Of a stretch of 33,902 bases of DNA, positions 32,251-33,902 are shown in pieces; within the stretch, counting starts at the first letter, position 1; every line of letters starts with the position of its first letter. This DNA is from a virus (taxonomy: Duplodnaviria > Caudoviricetes), in IMG/VR virus record IMGVR_UViG_3300049828_000060, positions 1 to 33,902 of that record; one strand, written 5' to 3'. The position numbers and the translations under genes are program-made. The notes under the pieces were generated by a model that was given only the letters and a program-made list of their open reading frames with translations, was not told where the DNA came from and did not search any database.

Positions 32251-32844
32251 ATGACGATCAATCTGGCCGACAACAATCCGCGTGTTGAGTACACAGTTGC
32301 CGAAGGGGTGACTCAGGATAGCTTTGCTGTCCCGTTTGAGTTCTTCAATGACGGCGACCTTAGTGTTTATGTCGATGGCGTTCTCAAAGCAGAAGGCACG
32401 GACTACACGATCACTGGCGGCGACGGCTCGACGGGTGACATTGAGTTTGTCACGGCAACTCCTCCTGATGTTCAGCAGGTCACTGGTATTGCGGGCGGCT
32501 CTAGCGTTGTTATCTTTCGTCGGACACCTATTGAGCGCACCAGTGACTTTTCTGCAGGCGCTGACATCAATCGCGCTGCCCTCAACGAGCAACTCGACAT
32601 CATCACAGCAATGCTTGCTGATGCAAAGGATCGCATTGACCGCTCCTTGCGCTTTACAGATTATGAAGTATCCCCAGATTCTCAGCTTCCAAATGCTCAA
32701 GACCGCGCTGGTGGCGTTCTTTACTTTGACGATGAAACTGGTGATGCAACTATCTACAAGGACTTCCCCAATCGCGTAACGGTTAGCGTTGATGCGCCTT
32801 CTGGCGGCGTTGATGGGGACATCTGGTTTAGAATTCTAACCTAA
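32251..32844 (+). CDS. Tail fibre adaptor (T7 gp17 N-terminal-like domain)
   Basis: FAVPFEFF...DLSVYVDG, DYTITG, RRTPIERTSDF, LNEQLD. Confidence 0.85.
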   Translation: MTINLADNNPRVEYTVAEGVTQDSFAVPFEFFNDGDLSVYVDGVLKAEGTDYTITGGDGSTGDIEFVTATPPDVQQVTGIAGGSSVVIFRRTPIERTSDFSAGADINRAALNEQLDIITAMLADAKDRIDRSLRFTDYEVSPDSQLPNAQDRAGGVLYFDDETGDATIYKDFPNRVTVSVDAPSGGVDGDIWFRILT

Positions 32845-32856
32845 AAGGAAACGCAA

Positions 32857-33249
32857 ATGGCCGCTCTTTCTGACTACGCCGAAAAGCTACTGCTCGACTT
32901 TCTAATGACCAGTGGAACTGCAACTCGCCCAACCGCTTGGTATGTCGCGCTTTATACTGCTGCGCCCTCTGATTCTGGTGGCGGCACTGAGGTATCTGGC
33001 AATGGCTATGCTCGTCAGGCTGTTACTTTTGCTGCAGCATCCACTCCCGGTGGCACTACCTCAAACACTGGCGCTGTAACCTTTACTGCAGCTGGTGGAA
33101 GCTGGGGTTCAATCAGCCACATTGGATTGCACGATGCTCTGACTAGTGGAAACCTTCTGTGGCATGGCGCTATGACTGCGGCCAAGACTATTGCTGATGG
33201 CGATACGCTTGAGTTTGCAATCGGCAACATTGACCTAACTCTCGCGTAA
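32857..33249 (+). CDS. Tail-associated structural protein
   Basis: LSDYAEKLLLD, YVALYTAAPSD.GGGTEVSGNGYARQAVTF, GNLLWHG motifs common in phage tail modules. Confidence 0.8.
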   Translation: MAALSDYAEKLLLDFLMTSGTATRPTAWYVALYTAAPSDSGGGTEVSGNGYARQAVTFAAASTPGGTTSNTGAVTFTAAGGSWGSISHIGLHDALTSGNLLWHGAMTAAKTIADGDTLEFAIGNIDLTLA

Positions 33250-33261
33250 GGTGGCATAGAG

Positions 33262-33902
33262 ATGGAAGGCCCTCGGATAACAGAGTCGGGAGATGTCCGT
33301 GTAACGGAATCTTCTGATCGCCGTGTTACTGAGGGCTTCATTGAAGGCTTCGTTTCCCTAAGCGGAGTTGGCTCAGTTGATGCGCTTGCAAACTTTTCCG
33401 TAAAGGTTTTTGCAAACTTAGCTTCTGATGGCAGCGTTCTTCTTGTTGGAGAGTCAACACTCTTTGGAAGACTAGACCTAAATGCTTCAAGCTCTGCTGT
33501 CTTTGATGGCGATCTTGTTGCTAACGGACTTCTTGATGTCTCTGCTTCTTCTCTGATTTCTTCTTCTGCTGTTAGAATTCAGTATGGTCTTGCAAACTTT
33601 TCTTTCAGTGGATCACTTGCAAGTGAAGCTGGCTTTAAGTTTGTTGCTGACTCTTCGATGTCGTCGTCTGGATCAATGTCTGCCGCTCAAAGCTTTATTG
33701 CTGATGGAAGATTTGGTGGAATACTTGAGAACTACATCAGGTTTACTGAGTCTGGGGATACTCGTGTAACCGAAGATGATGATGTTCGGATTACTGGGCT
33801 TCTGTCTCAGAACGAATTCACCGCTTCTCTTGTTGCTGAGGGAACAAGGCGTGGGTTTAGCAAAACCACACATGCAAAATATGATGGTGATTGGTTAGAA
33901 GC
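33262..33902 (+). CDS. Tail-associated protein, open at the window end and completed by bases 1-85
   Basis: MEGPRITESGDVRVTESSDRRVTE; no stop to 33902; the RxTESGDxRVTE motif recurs near 33739-33790. Confidence 0.75.
   Translation, partial: MEGPRITESGDVRVTESSDRRVTEGFIEGFVSLSGVGSVDALANFSVKVFANLASDGSVLLVGESTLFGRLDLNASSSAVFDGDLVANGLLDVSASSLISSSAVRIQYGLANFSFSGSLASEAGFKFVADSSMSSSGSMSAAQSFIADGRFGGILENYIRFTESGDTRVTEDDDVRITGLLSQNEFTASLVAEGTRRGFSKTTHAKYDGDWLE

Overview
This window looks like a complete, circularly permuted 33.9-kb genome of a dsDNA podovirus: the last ORF (33262-33902) continues in frame into bases 1-85. The host is probably an alphaproteobacterium (inference). The rightward late arm (13702-33902, then 1-4509) encodes TerS, TerL, portal, scaffold, a GNAT/gp13-like protein, major capsid, tail tubular A/B, four internal virion (ejection) proteins, tail fibre genes, a fibre chaperone, a sulfotransferase-like protein and a lysis region (membrane proteins, signal-peptide SNase nuclease, GH19 endolysin). 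The leftward early arm (13302-4598) encodes DUF932, HTH regulators, a Holliday junction resolvase, a lambda-O-like initiator with an internal origin, a loader-like protein, YqaJ exonuclease, a Rad52/Sak-like annealase, an SSB-like protein, a DnaA-C-domain protein and a cassette of small ORFs. I recognised no RNA polymerase, DNA polymerase, primase/helicase or integrase. Most striking observations: (1) a ~310-nt nested imperfect hairpin (13272-13582) at the early/late divergence that folds best on the template strand of the first early gene and resembles an Frpo-type single-stranded-DNA promoter, ahead of plasmid-leading-region-like genes; (2) an AT-rich ADP-ribosyltransferase-like domain nested in an HExxH metallopeptidase insert of the largest ejection protein; (3) a four-copy TTTGTGCRTTG motif marking candidate late promoters; (4) a three-way-junction element where early and late transcription converge. 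All protein calls are from motif recognition and synteny, not database searches.
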